Shown here piece by piece: positions 18,787 through 28,942 of a DNA stretch of 64,000 bases (within the stretch, counting starts at the first letter, position 1; the number at the start of each line of letters is the position of its first letter). The stretch comes from a virus. Position numbers and translations under genes: made by a program. The stretch is from IMG/VR virus record IMGVR_UViG_3300027970_000012, positions 1 through 64,000 of that record; one strand, written 5' to 3'. The notes under the pieces are model-generated. The model was not told where the DNA came from. It saw only the letters and a program-made list of their open reading frames with translations, and did no database searches.

Positions 18787-20157
18787 CTATGAAAGTGAAT
18801 TTAATTTGTCGCCAGGAGTAAGCCCAGTATTGATTGATATTCTACCCCTATTTGTTGGAAATATATGGTCCTTACTCACAATAAGTTCTTTACCACTCTT
18901 AGTCCTAATTTTAACACAATCCTTGAATTTTTTATGATGAGTCAACATAACTGTCTTATATCCATCGTGTGAAGTAATTTGGTCTCCGACACAAATATCT
19001 TGAATTTGCTTTATTGCGCCGTCTCTAAGTTCAACTTTTTCATTCACATAGATGCATTCAGAAACATCAGTCATATCTGGGTCAGAGGATGTTGATCCAC
19101 CTCTACCACTTTGAGTAGCACTCAGAATGGGAACATCATACTCTACAGCAAGTGCTCTAAGTTCTTCTGCAACACTTTTAATATAAGTGTATGAGTTAAT
19201 ATTTGAGTTCTTCTTATATCTATTAGAAGCACAAATATTCAGATAATCAATGAAGATGATGTCTGGATGAAAATGTTTCTTCAGAGCAAGTTCACTCAAA
19301 AGACTTTTGAAGTGCCCAACGTGACCACATCCAGTTGGATATTCTTTAACAATAAACTTCCCGTGAGTTTTTTGAGCCAATTTAATAATTCTAGACTCAA
19401 ATTTTTCTTTCGGAATACTACTCAGTTCGGAGATATTCACATTCAGTAGATTTGAGTCTATTCTCTGAGCGACTTTCTCCTCCGACATTTCTAGACTAAT
19501 GTAGAGAACATTCTTACCCTGAGCTAGAAATGAGCTTGCAAAAGAACACATTGACAATGACTTGCCCGCATTAGGAGCAGACATAATCAGGAATAGGGTT
19601 TTCTTAGAGAGACCACCACCTGTAATTTTATTGAAGTAATCTATATCAAATGGAAGCTTATCCTCTTTACGAGTATAATATTCAAATCTTCTTTCATAGT
19701 CCTCAATTAAGTCGTGACCAATATGTTCATCAAATGAGATAGATAATGCATCCTGCAGAATTCCAGGAATAGCGTCTCTATCCTTAACCTCATCTCCACC
19801 ATCTGCAATACGAATACTTTCCATCAGTGCAAGATAGATTGCTCTGTCTCTACACCATTTCTCAGTGTTATCCACTAACCATTTTAAGTCTACGTGACTA
19901 TCATCTAGACTCCTAATGTAGTTGCAGATATTCTTATATCCATCTTCATTCAAATCTGTTCTCTTTTCAGTTTCAATGAGTAGAATTTCTTTTGTTGCTA
20001 AGTCTTCATAGGAAATGATGAACTTACTAATTTCCTCAAATAATATTCTTTCGTGAGAATTATCAAAATATTCAGGATTGATAAAGGGTAATACCTTTTT
20101 ATAATAATCACTATTGAAAATTAAATTTCGGAGAATAGTGGTTTCAATTTTTTCCAT
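18787..20157 (-). CDS. g41: gp41 helicase N-terminal fragment fused to split-intein N part (18790..19056, 89 aa)
   Basis: Walker A APNAGKS, IDYLNIC, SATQ, DVSE|CIYVNEKV...SKDHIFPT. Confidence 0.95.
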   Translation of the reverse strand: MEKIETTILRNLIFNSDYYKKVLPFINPEYFDNSHERILFEEISKFIISYEDLATKEILLIETEKRTDLNEDGYKNICNYIRSLDDSHVDLKWLVDNTEKWCRDRAIYLALMESIRIADGGDEVKDRDAIPGILQDALSISFDEHIGHDLIEDYERRFEYYTRKEDKLPFDIDYFNKITGGGLSKKTLFLIMSAPNAGKSLSMCSFASSFLAQGKNVLYISLEMSEEKVAQRIDSNLLNVNISELSSIPKEKFESRIIKLAQKTHGKFIVKEYPTGCGHVGHFKSLLSELALKKHFHPDIIFIDYLNICASNRYKKNSNINSYTYIKSVAEELRALAVEYDVPILSATQSGRGGSTSSDPDMTDVSECIYVNEKVELRDGAIKQIQDICVGDQITSHDGYKTVMLTHHKKFKDCVKIRTKSGKELIVSKDHIFPTNRGRISINTGLTPGDKLNSLS

Positions 20158-20714
20158 TATTTGTAATGCAGATACGTGCTTAGAATATATTTTGAATTGG
20201 AATTAGGCTCAAGTCCTCTATGTGGGAACATCCACATAGGAGGAAATATAATCAGAGTTCCTCTTTTGGGAACAACAGTAAGGTCTATAAATTCGGTTTG
20301 TCCTCCAGCTTCAACATCATTGAGATACCACATAAATGCAAGAAATCTACGAGCAGTTTCATAATCTTGAACATCTACGTGTGTATCAAAAGCTTCATTC
20401 TCTTCTGGAGAGTATCTCTTAATTCTGTAGTGTTCAAAAGCGTGACTCTCTGGAAATACACCTTTGTTCATAAATTCGTAATATGAATCTCTATACTCCA
20501 AAGTTTTTTGAATCAGATAGTTCTGAACATTATTTACCTCTTCCGATAATTCTCGGTTTTCGGTTAAATTGAATTGCGTGAAATTGGGTCTTCTATCGTT
20601 CTCAATTTTTTCTTGAAATTCAAATTGAGTATCAAATAGATTTACGAGAAAGTCGCATACATTTGGCTCCAAAGCTTCTTCATGTATTTGTATTAAATCA
20701 TTTAATTCAACCAT
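20157..20714 (-). CDS. 2OG-Fe(II) oxygenase
   Basis: HVD, WYLNDVEAGGQTEF, FPH, KY motifs; likely start MVELND at 20714. Confidence 0.9.
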   Translation of the reverse strand: MVELNDLIQIHEEALEPNVCDFLVNLFDTQFEFQEKIENDRRPNFTQFNLTENRELSEEVNNVQNYLIQKTLEYRDSYYEFMNKGVFPESHAFEHYRIKRYSPEENEAFDTHVDVQDYETARRFLAFMWYLNDVEAGGQTEFIDLTVVPKRGTLIIFPPMWMFPHRGLEPNSNSKYILSTYLHYK

Positions 20715-22164
20715 ATGCAAACTCCGATTTTGCTGCTTCATTCAATGCTTCTAGAATTTCTGGAGTAAAATACTTTTCTGGATTACCGTAAATGGTTTTT
20801 CCATATTGAGTAGTTCCATCTGAAACTTTATACCGAGTTCCAACTTTTTCAAAAATATTATATTTTTCTGCTAATTCCAGAAGTCCGTAGTATCTATCCA
20901 ATCCTCTTTCGTCATAATATAGTCTCATTTCAACTTCTTGATTTTCTTTACTCAATCTAGATTTAAATGTTTTAGCTTTGAGAATAACTCCAACTACATC
21001 AGTTCCGTCTTTTTCCTTAGATTTAGAAAGTTCTAATATTGTAGAAGAGGAATAGATAAGCCCAGTTCCGCCACTTTGGACCTGAGGAGGTCCATATCCA
21101 CCCACATTAGCATATAGGTGATTAGTCACAATCATCGGAATCTTAGCCTGTCCGAGCTTCAGAGTTAACATCCTAAAGCAAGCCTTGATGAGTGCAGCTT
21201 TAGTCATATCCTTTGTATCTTTTTCTAACAAAGTATCATTAATTTCTTTATTCGTAGACAACATTCCTAGACTATCCAATACAAAAATACAAGAATTTCT
21301 TGCTTGTTCTGGAGTCTTAAGATATAAATCTACTGCTTTGAGTGCTTTGGTTCGGAAATCTTCAATCGTGACTACATTCAATACAATCACCCGAGCTAAA
21401 TCTATACCTCTACTTGCTAATAGGGATTTTGTTACTGCGGACTCAGTATCAAAATATAGACAATACCCTGTGGGATTGGCTTCTAGAAAATTCTTTACTG
21501 TTGCTAATGCGAACCACGTATTATGATGATAAATTCCAGATTTCGGATTACTAATATACCAATGTGGGGCATCTATTGAAATATCATACACACTCTCAAT
21601 TCCCAATGGTGTTTTTTCTACAACTACTTTTTTACCATATGTAGACATAATTTCTTTGGCATCAATTGCCGATACTTCAATTCCAGTATGGTAATCACAA
21701 AAATTATGATTAACTGAGCATTCAAATGTATCTTCGCCATCAAAATCTAGACGAATCACCTCGTTATTATGTTTAGTTACAACTTCATTAATTCTAGTAA
21801 ATCCAGTTGGGGTTCTAACATAAATTTCATCAGCTACTTCATATGGAACCTCGTGTTCTCCACTCCCATACAATTTATATAATTGCTCATATGTTAATTC
21901 AGATTCAATCAGGTCTTCATTTGCATATATTGTAATTTTTTCCGAGCCTCTAGCGCATTTCCCAGTTCCAGAAAGTCCAGAATATGCAGTAATTTTATTT
22001 CCAGATACTCCACCAAAGATACTTCCCGATACCAGAGCATTTAAAATATACGAACCAGTATCCACATACGTTTCTGTCTCATCAATATCTTTAGCTAATT
22101 GTGTATACTCTCCGCCAATTTCCTTCACTAAATCTGAAAGAAAATTTAAATTTTGTTCCGTCAT
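20707..22164 (-). CDS. uvsX: UvsX recombinase with mini-intein
   Basis: DTGSYILNALVSG, GLSGTGK/T, FDTE, LDSLGML, TNH, SGGTG. Confidence 0.95.
   Translation of the reverse strand: MTEQNLNFLSDLVKEIGGEYTQLAKDIDETETYVDTGSYILNALVSGSIFGGVSGNKITAYSGLSGTGKCARGSEKITIYANEDLIESELTYEQLYKLYGSGEHEVPYEVADEIYVRTPTGFTRINEVVTKHNNEVIRLDFDGEDTFECSVNHNFCDYHTGIEVSAIDAKEIMSTYGKKVVVEKTPLGIESVYDISIDAPHWYISNPKSGIYHHNTWFALATVKNFLEANPTGYCLYFDTESAVTKSLLASRGIDLARVIVLNVVTIEDFRTKALKAVDLYLKTPEQARNSCIFVLDSLGMLSTNKEINDTLLEKDTKDMTKAALIKACFRMLTLKLGQAKIPMIVTNHLYANVGGYGPPQVQSGGTGLIYSSSTILELSKSKEKDGTDVVGVILKAKTFKSRLSKENQEVEMRLYYDERGLDRYYGLLELAEKYNIFEKVGTRYKVSDGTTQYGKTIYGNPEKYFTPEILEALNEAAKSEFAYG
21520..21957 (-). mobile_element. 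UvsX mini-intein (146 aa) in Walker A
   Basis: GTGK|CARGSEKI...CSVNHNF...VYDISID...IYHHN|TWF; no endonuclease domain. Confidence 0.92.
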
Positions 22165-22186
22165 AATATTCTTTAAGTTATACTAA

Positions 22187-22215
22187 ATTATATACCATTT
22201 CTAAAGTTCCGTCAA
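22187..22215 (-). promoter_or_regulatory. sigma70-type early promoter for uvsX
   Basis: TTGACG-N17-TATAAT. Confidence 0.8.
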
Positions 22216-22224
22216 AATTTTAAA

Positions 22225-24717
22225 TTAGGCATAAAATTTTGCAAGATTTACTCTTCTTTCTGGTGCCCATCCAATTGCATCTAAAATGTTAGTTAATGGA
22301 GACAAAAAGGATTTATCAAATTGAGTTTGATAATCAATATAATTATCTAAGTTAAATTCTTTTGGACAAGTCTGAATAAACGCAATGGTATTCTGACGAA
22401 TTGGATTGGGCAACTTAAGATAGCAAAATTTAATCTTTTCACCATTCTGAATTCGTTGATATTTTTGAGTAAGTCCCAACTCCCGAATATAATGATTGAA
22501 GAGCAATACTCCACGAATTTGCATTGGTGTGCCCTTCTTGAAAATAGTAAGATTTGATTTATATACATCCAATTTATTTACACTTCTGGGAAAAGAAATA
22601 TCCTCAATGGGTAATTGTATAAATTCAGATTTACATTTACTAATATAATTCACCATATCATTTTCAGTACCACTCATCATAATGGGAATGGCGTTCTTAA
22701 TCATTTTACGACACACCTGAGGAGTAGATGACTTAATCGCTTCCAATCCCTTAATCTTAATCTTAGGCGATGCATACCTAACTCCCTCATTGTCCCAGAC
22801 ATTTAGAATATACCTTTTCTTAGCAGTCCAGATTCCTCTATCGGATATGGTTTCTCTTTTCATATAAAGAGTGTTTCTATAGGCATTAGTGTATTGAGAA
22901 AATTCTTCAAAACAAGCAGTAATGAATTCTTGAAGCTTAATATCACATATTTTATCTAGAAAATTGATGGCAGTTTCTTTATCTGGTGGAGTTCCTTTAA
23001 ATATAGTTTGAATTACGGGTCCGAGGTTCAAAAAAACACTATCCGTGTCCATAGATATGGCGAAATCCACATCTTTCTTTCCTACAATTTTATTTAAGTA
23101 TTGATTGAGCTTGGATTCAATCCATTTAATCACAGTTTGTCCAGAAAATGTAATGGCTTTTGCATTATCCAATCTATAGTATCTAAATCCAGGATTTCCC
23201 AATGCTCCATATAAACTGTTCAGACAGATTTTCAAGTTGAGTTGAATATTATGATATTCCGTAATGAGATTTGATAGTTGTGGAGTGGGATTTATTTCAT
23301 ATTCCTTTTCAGCCTCAATCATTTTTGCCTTGTATAATTTTCTCTTTGTGAACATTTCGTCCACCAATTCTGGGAAAAATCCAAGAATGTCTTTTCTATA
23401 CATACATCCATTCGGGCATATCGCATAATCAGAATATGATTCGGTATCAATTCTTTTATGTAGAATGTTCTCAATGCTCGCTTGAGGATGCTTCGTCTCC
23501 ACTAAAGTTTCTGGACTCAAATTATACATCATAATCAATGACGGATAAAGTGAAGCAAGGTCAAAACTTACAACATATTCATACATTCCAGGAATAGGTT
23601 CCTTTACATATGCTCCTTCAAATTTCTCATCCTTTTCTACAGTATTTCTAGGTGGAATTGCAATATTCTTAGCCTTTAGATAATTGTATGTGATAGCATC
23701 CCACATTCTTACTTGAAAAAACACATCAGAGAAGTTGACTTTGGCGTTATAAGCCATCATCACACAAAGTTCCATCAATTTCATCTTTGATTCCAACTTA
23801 TCTACAAGAATAGTATCTTGAAGATTATATGAAATGAATTTTTGCCAATTCCGAGTATAAAATTCTTTGAAAGTTTCGTACTCAGAGTGGTCTAATTTGG
23901 TTTCCTCCAATTCAACTTCACCAATATAACCTAAAGCATAACTTTCTCTATTCACATATGTAAATTTTTTATATAAGTCTAGATAGTCAACAATAGAAAT
24001 TCCGACGATATCCGCAAGAACAGATACTTTTCCAGAAAATTCAATTTCTTTTGTGCGAACATCTTCCCAAGGAGAAAGCCTCTTAACTTCACCTCCAACG
24101 ATTTTACCAAACCTTCCAATCAAATATGGGAAGTCGTAAAGTGCTATGTTCCATCCAGTTACAATATCTGGGTAATTTCTCTCCCAAAACTCTATAAATT
24201 TATAAAATAAGTCAACTTCACCATCACACAAAACATAAGTAACATTTGGATTTTCATTTACATAAGGCTTCACTCCAAAGCAAGTAATCTGCTTCGTGTT
24301 CATATTATGAAGACAAATGGATAGAATTTCTTCATTACATTCTAATGGGCTCGGAAAGCCATATTCAGAAGAAACCTCAATATCAATTGTGTAAATTAGC
24401 AGTTTGGTTATATCATATTCAATTTTAGGTTCAGAATAAGTTTCTGAAATATATTGAAAAGTATAATTCTCCATTCCATAGATTTCAAATCCATCAACTT
24501 CCTTATACTTCTTATAGAATTCTCTACAATCCCGAATCGTTCCTGGGTTGATTTCTCTTACATAACTTCCATCTAATGTTTTATAATCTGTCTTAGCTTT
24601 ACTTGGAAGATAGAGTGTAGGAAGAAATTCAACTTCCGTTGAAAAATGTTCTCCATCTTCATACCCACGAACTAAAATACTATCTCGTCTTTGTGATATA
24701 TTCGTATAAAATCTCAA
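22225..24717 (-). CDS. g43: Family B DNA polymerase gp43
   Basis: DIEV exonuclease, SFDLASLYPS, KICLNSLYG, MDTDS, KKRY. Confidence 0.97.
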   Translation of the reverse strand: MRFYTNISQRRDSILVRGYEDGEHFSTEVEFLPTLYLPSKAKTDYKTLDGSYVREINPGTIRDCREFYKKYKEVDGFEIYGMENYTFQYISETYSEPKIEYDITKLLIYTIDIEVSSEYGFPSPLECNEEILSICLHNMNTKQITCFGVKPYVNENPNVTYVLCDGEVDLFYKFIEFWERNYPDIVTGWNIALYDFPYLIGRFGKIVGGEVKRLSPWEDVRTKEIEFSGKVSVLADIVGISIVDYLDLYKKFTYVNRESYALGYIGEVELEETKLDHSEYETFKEFYTRNWQKFISYNLQDTILVDKLESKMKLMELCVMMAYNAKVNFSDVFFQVRMWDAITYNYLKAKNIAIPPRNTVEKDEKFEGAYVKEPIPGMYEYVVSFDLASLYPSLIMMYNLSPETLVETKHPQASIENILHKRIDTESYSDYAICPNGCMYRKDILGFFPELVDEMFTKRKLYKAKMIEAEKEYEINPTPQLSNLITEYHNIQLNLKICLNSLYGALGNPGFRYYRLDNAKAITFSGQTVIKWIESKLNQYLNKIVGKKDVDFAISMDTDSVFLNLGPVIQTIFKGTPPDKETAINFLDKICDIKLQEFITACFEEFSQYTNAYRNTLYMKRETISDRGIWTAKKRYILNVWDNEGVRYASPKIKIKGLEAIKSSTPQVCRKMIKNAIPIMMSGTENDMVNYISKCKSEFIQLPIEDISFPRSVNKLDVYKSNLTIFKKGTPMQIRGVLLFNHYIRELGLTQKYQRIQNGEKIKFCYLKLPNPIRQNTIAFIQTCPKEFNLDNYIDYQTQFDKSFLSPLTNILDAIGWAPERRVNLAKFYA

Positions 24718-25034
24718 TTAGATTCCTCCTCAGATTCTTGTTCTGGTGCAGCCTCCACTACTTCTGGTTCTTTCTCTTCAATCTTAGTTGCCGTTAAGTA
24801 TTTCTTAGTTAACATTTCATTGGGAGTAAACATAGTGAAAATATCATTACTCTTAAACGAAAATACTGTTTGGTCCGTAAGAACCCCCAGATATGGATAA
24901 AGTTTATCTCCCAGGTCTACTTTATATGGGAAATGCATTTCAAAATCTGGGTCGTCATAATCTTCTGCAACCACTTTAATTACATTATTTGAAACCAAAA
25001 TGTTTCCATTCTTGAATACTACTGCTTGAATCAT
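24714..25034 (-). CDS. Conserved hypothetical protein upstream of g43
   Basis: 106 aa, acidic tail, usual position between hsp20 and g43. Confidence 0.65.
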   Translation of the reverse strand: MIQAVVFKNGNILVSNNVIKVVAEDYDDPDFEMHFPYKVDLGDKLYPYLGVLTDQTVFSFKSNDIFTMFTPNEMLTKKYLTATKIEEKEPEVVEAAPEQESEEESN

Positions 25035-25055
25035 AACTTTTCCTCAATATCATTT

Positions 25056-25084
25056 ATTCTAATACAAAAAAACGTCCTCGTCAA
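25056..25084 (-). promoter_or_regulatory. sigma70-type promoter overlapping the hsp20 terminator
   Basis: TTGACG-N17-TAGAAT. Confidence 0.75.
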
Positions 25085-25105
25085 ATAAAAGTTCAACGAG
25101 GACGT
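25066..25105 (-). terminator. Rho-independent terminator after hsp20
   Basis: ACGTCCTCGTT-loop-GACGAGGACGT followed by T6. Confidence 0.75.
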
Positions 25106-25125
25106 GCATCAATTTAATTTAAATT

Positions 25126-25557
25126 TCATACAATATTATATACTTGTTTTCTCTGATGTTCTGGAACTACAGTAGTGATTTCTACCGAAAGTAATCCATC
25201 AGAGAATCTCACTTCATTCACTCTCACTTCATCGCTTATAGTCCAGGACCTTCTGAAACTTCTATTTGCGATTCCATTGTAATGATATTTTTCATCTACG
25301 GTTGTAGACTTACTTCCTTCAATGACCAATTGATTTTTCTCGGTATACACAGAAATTTCATCTTTATGAAATCCTGCTACTGCAAGGTCCAATCTCTTTC
25401 TTCCTTCTCCTGAATCTACTAGATTATATGGAGGATAGTTTGATGTTGAATATCCTTCCGTCAGCCTATCAAACCAGGGGTCTAATCCAATTGTAAATCT
25501 GTCAATATCTTCTAGAATTTTTGAGATATTTCCAGTGTTGTATCTTGTAAGTAACAT
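25126..25557 (-). CDS. hsp20: Small heat shock protein
   Basis: NYPPYNL, LAVAGF, GIANRSFRRSW, DGLL, VPEH; SD AAGGAG. Confidence 0.93.
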   Translation of the reverse strand: MLLTRYNTGNISKILEDIDRFTIGLDPWFDRLTEGYSTSNYPPYNLVDSGEGRKRLDLAVAGFHKDEISVYTEKNQLVIEGSKSTTVDEKYHYNGIANRSFRRSWTISDEVRVNEVRFSDGLLSVEITTVVPEHQRKQVYNIV

Positions 25558-25695
25558 AGTTGATTCTCCTTAATAAGCGAGTGTATATTGTGAGCCCATT
25601 CGGCACTCATAGAAAGAGTTGAACTCCAACTCTTTCACTATATTTACACAACTATTGAGAATTTGCAAGAGTTATTGAAGTGGGAATACCCGAAC

Positions 25696-26133
25696 TTATT
25701 CTGAAACTTCAGTTTCGCTCTTTTTTCCGATTGTATACTTTGAAACTAAATTATATTCGCTCTTATCTTTATGAGGAATCACTTTAATTTGATTCATTGG
25801 GCAGATTTCTTGAAACTTATCTGGCTCTACAATTTTTACCAATCCCCAATCTTGAAGAAGAAATGCAATTCGGTTTCTTCTTTGAACATCATTCAGAGTT
25901 AAATTATTATACTTACCGTCAAGTAAAAAGAGTTCCTTAAAACTCACTAGATAATACTTACTCTTCTTGTGTAGAATATGCACGGATTGATATAGAGTTT
26001 GGTCTTTCTTAGACAACACTCCAATGCGAGAAAGAGTTTCCTTTACCTTGAGAAAATCATCTGGCTCAGAGAGCTTAATTTCAAGCATTGATTCCAAGGA
26101 CCAATCAACTTTGTTTTCATTCATAGTATTCAT
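25696..26133 (-). CDS. regA: Translational repressor RegA
   Basis: PDDFLKVKETLSRIG, LYQSVHILHK, FKELFLLDGK. Confidence 0.95.
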   Translation of the reverse strand: MNTMNENKVDWSLESMLEIKLSEPDDFLKVKETLSRIGVLSKKDQTLYQSVHILHKKSKYYLVSFKELFLLDGKYNNLTLNDVQRRNRIAFLLQDWGLVKIVEPDKFQEICPMNQIKVIPHKDKSEYNLVSKYTIGKKSETEVSE

Positions 26134-26138
26134 TGTAT

Positions 26139-26516
26139 TTAAATTTCACCAGTTTGTGATGTTTTCATTATATAGGTAATTTGGTCTTTTGTTAGCACTT
26201 CTAAAGCTTGTTGAGCCTTGTCGTTATTATAACCAAAATAGGATTTTATTGTATCTAGGTTGTCTATATTCAACTTTTTTACCCAGAATCTAGGTCTTTT
26301 TCTTTTCCGAATAGAATTAAATAGAAAGCTATATTGAATATCTTTATCTAAGAAATGTCTGAAATTCATCTCATTACATAATAGTAGACAATCAAGTTGA
26401 TGAGACAGAGCCTTATTTACAATATAGGGATTGTAGTTCTTTCGTGGGTCCTGTGAAGTTAAGTCTTCTTTAGTTTCAGAGATACTTGTTACCCAATCAA
26501 ATGGATTTGTGGTCAT
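26139..26516 (-). CDS. g62: Clamp loader small subunit gp62
   Basis: YNPYIVNKALS, NEMN, IRKRKR, YFGYNNDKA. Confidence 0.92.
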   Translation of the reverse strand: MTTNPFDWVTSISETKEDLTSQDPRKNYNPYIVNKALSHQLDCLLLCNEMNFRHFLDKDIQYSFLFNSIRKRKRPRFWVKKLNIDNLDTIKSYFGYNNDKAQQALEVLTKDQITYIMKTSQTGEI

Positions 26517-27454
26517 TTGAACTTACACTCAGACATAATTTCAATCAAACAGGCAAGTAGATTAATTTCAGTATCCGCGACAAAGGAATTCTTATATTGA
26601 TAGTCTGCAATATGAATAATTGCAATGGGTAGAGTTTCTGGTAGCAGTGCTAGACTTAATCCATCATATAGTTGACGATAGACTTTTATTACGTCATTAT
26701 CGGTATTTTGACTTGTCCACTTTTTAACTTCTCTGAAGTCTCTTTCCTTCATATGAGTTAGAAGTTCATCAATATTCTTTTGTGAATTTGCCGCAATAGA
26801 GCCTAAATCTAATTTCCCAGAAGAAGAATATCTCTGAAGTTCATTAAGAGTTCGTCGGAAATCTGGAAAGTGTTTCTGAATGAGTTCAACTAAAATTTTA
26901 TCTTCATACTCAATTTCTTCTAACTGAAGAATATTCTTCAATCTTTGAAAGAATTCCATCGCAAGCTTTGGTCTATCTTGTGCGGGAATAGTAAAGTCTA
27001 GAACTGATGCTCTAGAGTGAAGTGGTGGAAGTATTTTATTCTTATAATTACAGGTAAAAATGAATGAGCAATTCTTCTGTAGCTTCTCAATTGCTCCACG
27101 CAAAGCAAGTTGTGCATCATGAGTTACATTATCGGCCTCATCAATGAGCAGAATCTTCTTTCCTGTGTTCACCAGAGAAATTGTAGAGGCATAAGACTGA
27201 ACTTTATTACGAATGGTATCAATGAATCTTCCTTCCTCCGAACCATTAATCATCATAAAATCCAGCTTCATTTCATTCGCTAGAGCTTTAATGGTTGACG
27301 TTTTTCCAATTCCAGGAGGTCCAGATAGAATTATATTTGGAACTTCTTTAGTATCCCGAATATGAAGAAAGAAATCCTTCAGCTCTTTTGGTAAAATACA
27401 GTCATCAATAGTCTTTGGAGCATACTTCTCCACAAATAGAAAATCTTCGCGCAT
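26513..27454 (-). CDS. g44: Clamp loader large subunit gp44
   Basis: EKYAP, GPPGIGKT, IDEAD, FPDFRR. Confidence 0.95.
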   Translation of the reverse strand: MREDFLFVEKYAPKTIDDCILPKELKDFFLHIRDTKEVPNIILSGPPGIGKTSTIKALANEMKLDFMMINGSEEGRFIDTIRNKVQSYASTISLVNTGKKILLIDEADNVTHDAQLALRGAIEKLQKNCSFIFTCNYKNKILPPLHSRASVLDFTIPAQDRPKLAMEFFQRLKNILQLEEIEYEDKILVELIQKHFPDFRRTLNELQRYSSSGKLDLGSIAANSQKNIDELLTHMKERDFREVKKWTSQNTDNDVIKVYRQLYDGLSLALLPETLPIAIIHIADYQYKNSFVADTEINLLACLIEIMSECKFK

Positions 27455-27507
27455 AATAATTTAATCTCACTTCTATACTGTAATTTAACCTAATATGATT
27501 GTAAAGA

Positions 27508-28380
27508 TTATAAATCTTCTATGTCCCTAAATCCTAAGAAAACAGGATGCCTAGGCAATTCCTTCACTCCGTGAGCAAAATACTTATATTTTACCAATTT
27601 ACCAATATAATATTCTTGATTCTCCCAAATCTCATTCCGCACTTCATCATTTAGTCCAGAACCAATACTGAACTCCAATCCAGATGTATTTCTAACCCAG
27701 AGTGCTCCAGCAGTTCCTGTAGCTACCATTCCATCAAGTGCTGACGAACGTTTAGTTCGCCCAAAGTTATCCTTCTCCGCGAGATTTTGATTACTCAGTT
27801 TTTCTTCAATTCCTAAGATAACTGCTTCATCATCTAGAAATCTCTTTACTTTGAGTAGAATATTATCATTTACAGTGGACCTACCGAACTTATATGTTCC
27901 CATTGGGTCACGAAGCATTACTCCCTCATATCCAGCCTCTAAACAAATTTGCTCATATGCATTCAATTCTTCAAGTGTCTTTATACTAATTCCAGATAGT
28001 ATTTGATATTCAAATGGAATATCAAGTTTAGGAAGATTAGGCATTCTAAGATAAAATGGAAGAATTTCCGTGTCGGATGGGTCAACGTAATCAAAAATCC
28101 ACATTTTAAAATTAGGTTCTCCCTCAATGGTCATAATTCCAGAAGTTGAGTCCTGAAAGTTATTTCCACAAGTCAGTTCTCCATCAATACCCTCTGGTAA
28201 AAATATTCGCAGTAGTTCCTGAATATAAACGTTCCTTATAGGTTTGAATGTTCTAGATACAGCTTGCCCGTCAATCATCAAGGTTCTAATTCCATCAATC
28301 TTAGGAGTAGCAATATAAGGAAATTTCGCTTTATTTGGGTCAAATTTTCCCGCTAATAGTGGCTTGGTTATTCTAGGCAC
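27508..28380 (-). CDS. Minimal ATP-dependent DNA ligase (Chlorella-virus type)
   Basis: ATPKIDGIR, DGEL, FDYV, EGVMLR, LLKVK, PRHPVFLGFR. Confidence 0.93.
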   Translation of the reverse strand: MPRITKPLLAGKFDPNKAKFPYIATPKIDGIRTLMIDGQAVSRTFKPIRNVYIQELLRIFLPEGIDGELTCGNNFQDSTSGIMTIEGEPNFKMWIFDYVDPSDTEILPFYLRMPNLPKLDIPFEYQILSGISIKTLEELNAYEQICLEAGYEGVMLRDPMGTYKFGRSTVNDNILLKVKRFLDDEAVILGIEEKLSNQNLAEKDNFGRTKRSSALDGMVATGTAGALWVRNTSGLEFSIGSGLNDEVRNEIWENQEYYIGKLVKYKYFAHGVKELPRHPVFLGFRDIEDL

Positions 28381-28924
28381 TGTTAGTTTCTATCCAATCA
28401 GGTTTTCTATGCGGGGCACGAACATAATCGGTCGCTGCCCAAGGTTTTGATGCAATGTATCTTTTATATGCCTCAAATGTGGAGATAGATTCATCATATT
28501 TAAGCTCATCGGGCATAGCTCGTGTAAATTCGTTTAGCTCACATAAATGAGGAATTCGATTTGGCCGCATTCCAATATTAGTCTCAAAAATATTGTATGC
28601 AACAATTAGTGTGTCTAAGCAACCGTGAGAGCGTCCGTATCTCCTATCAAATTCATCACATAATCCAAACCCATGCATTATCAGCCAAGCAAGATTATTT
28701 ACATTTCTTGCTGCCCATACTGTGCAAGGATGATTGCGAAATGCACCTCTTTCGGTTTTATATGGAGTTCTATCTTTTTTAGGTATGGTTCCCCAATCAA
28801 AATACCACTTGGAATACACAAGTGCAATCATTTGACATGTCTCAATCCCCATTTTACATATATGAGAGTCAGGAAGTACATTAGCACTATCAATTGGATT
28901 TGATGAGGTCACAAAAATATTCAT
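28373..28924 (-). CDS. Pyrimidine-dimer DNA glycosylase-like protein
   Basis: MNIFVT...HICKMGIETCQM...NHPCTVWA...RRYG family pattern. Confidence 0.6.
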   Translation of the reverse strand: MNIFVTSSNPIDSANVLPDSHICKMGIETCQMIALVYSKWYFDWGTIPKKDRTPYKTERGAFRNHPCTVWAARNVNNLAWLIMHGFGLCDEFDRRYGRSHGCLDTLIVAYNIFETNIGMRPNRIPHLCELNEFTRAMPDELKYDESISTFEAYKRYIASKPWAATDYVRAPHRKPDWIETNSA

Positions 28925-28942
28925 AATAAAATAAATTCAAAG

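Noticed and set aside
8130-20157. nrdA and g41 breaks as assembly errors or pseudogenes
   Set aside because: Each break is flanked by matching intein N and C motifs at conserved sites, and g41 has two in-frame stops.
25560-25640. Hairpins upstream of hsp20 as an RNA thermometer
   Set aside because: Hairpins are present but do not clearly occlude the AAGGAG site; not enough support.
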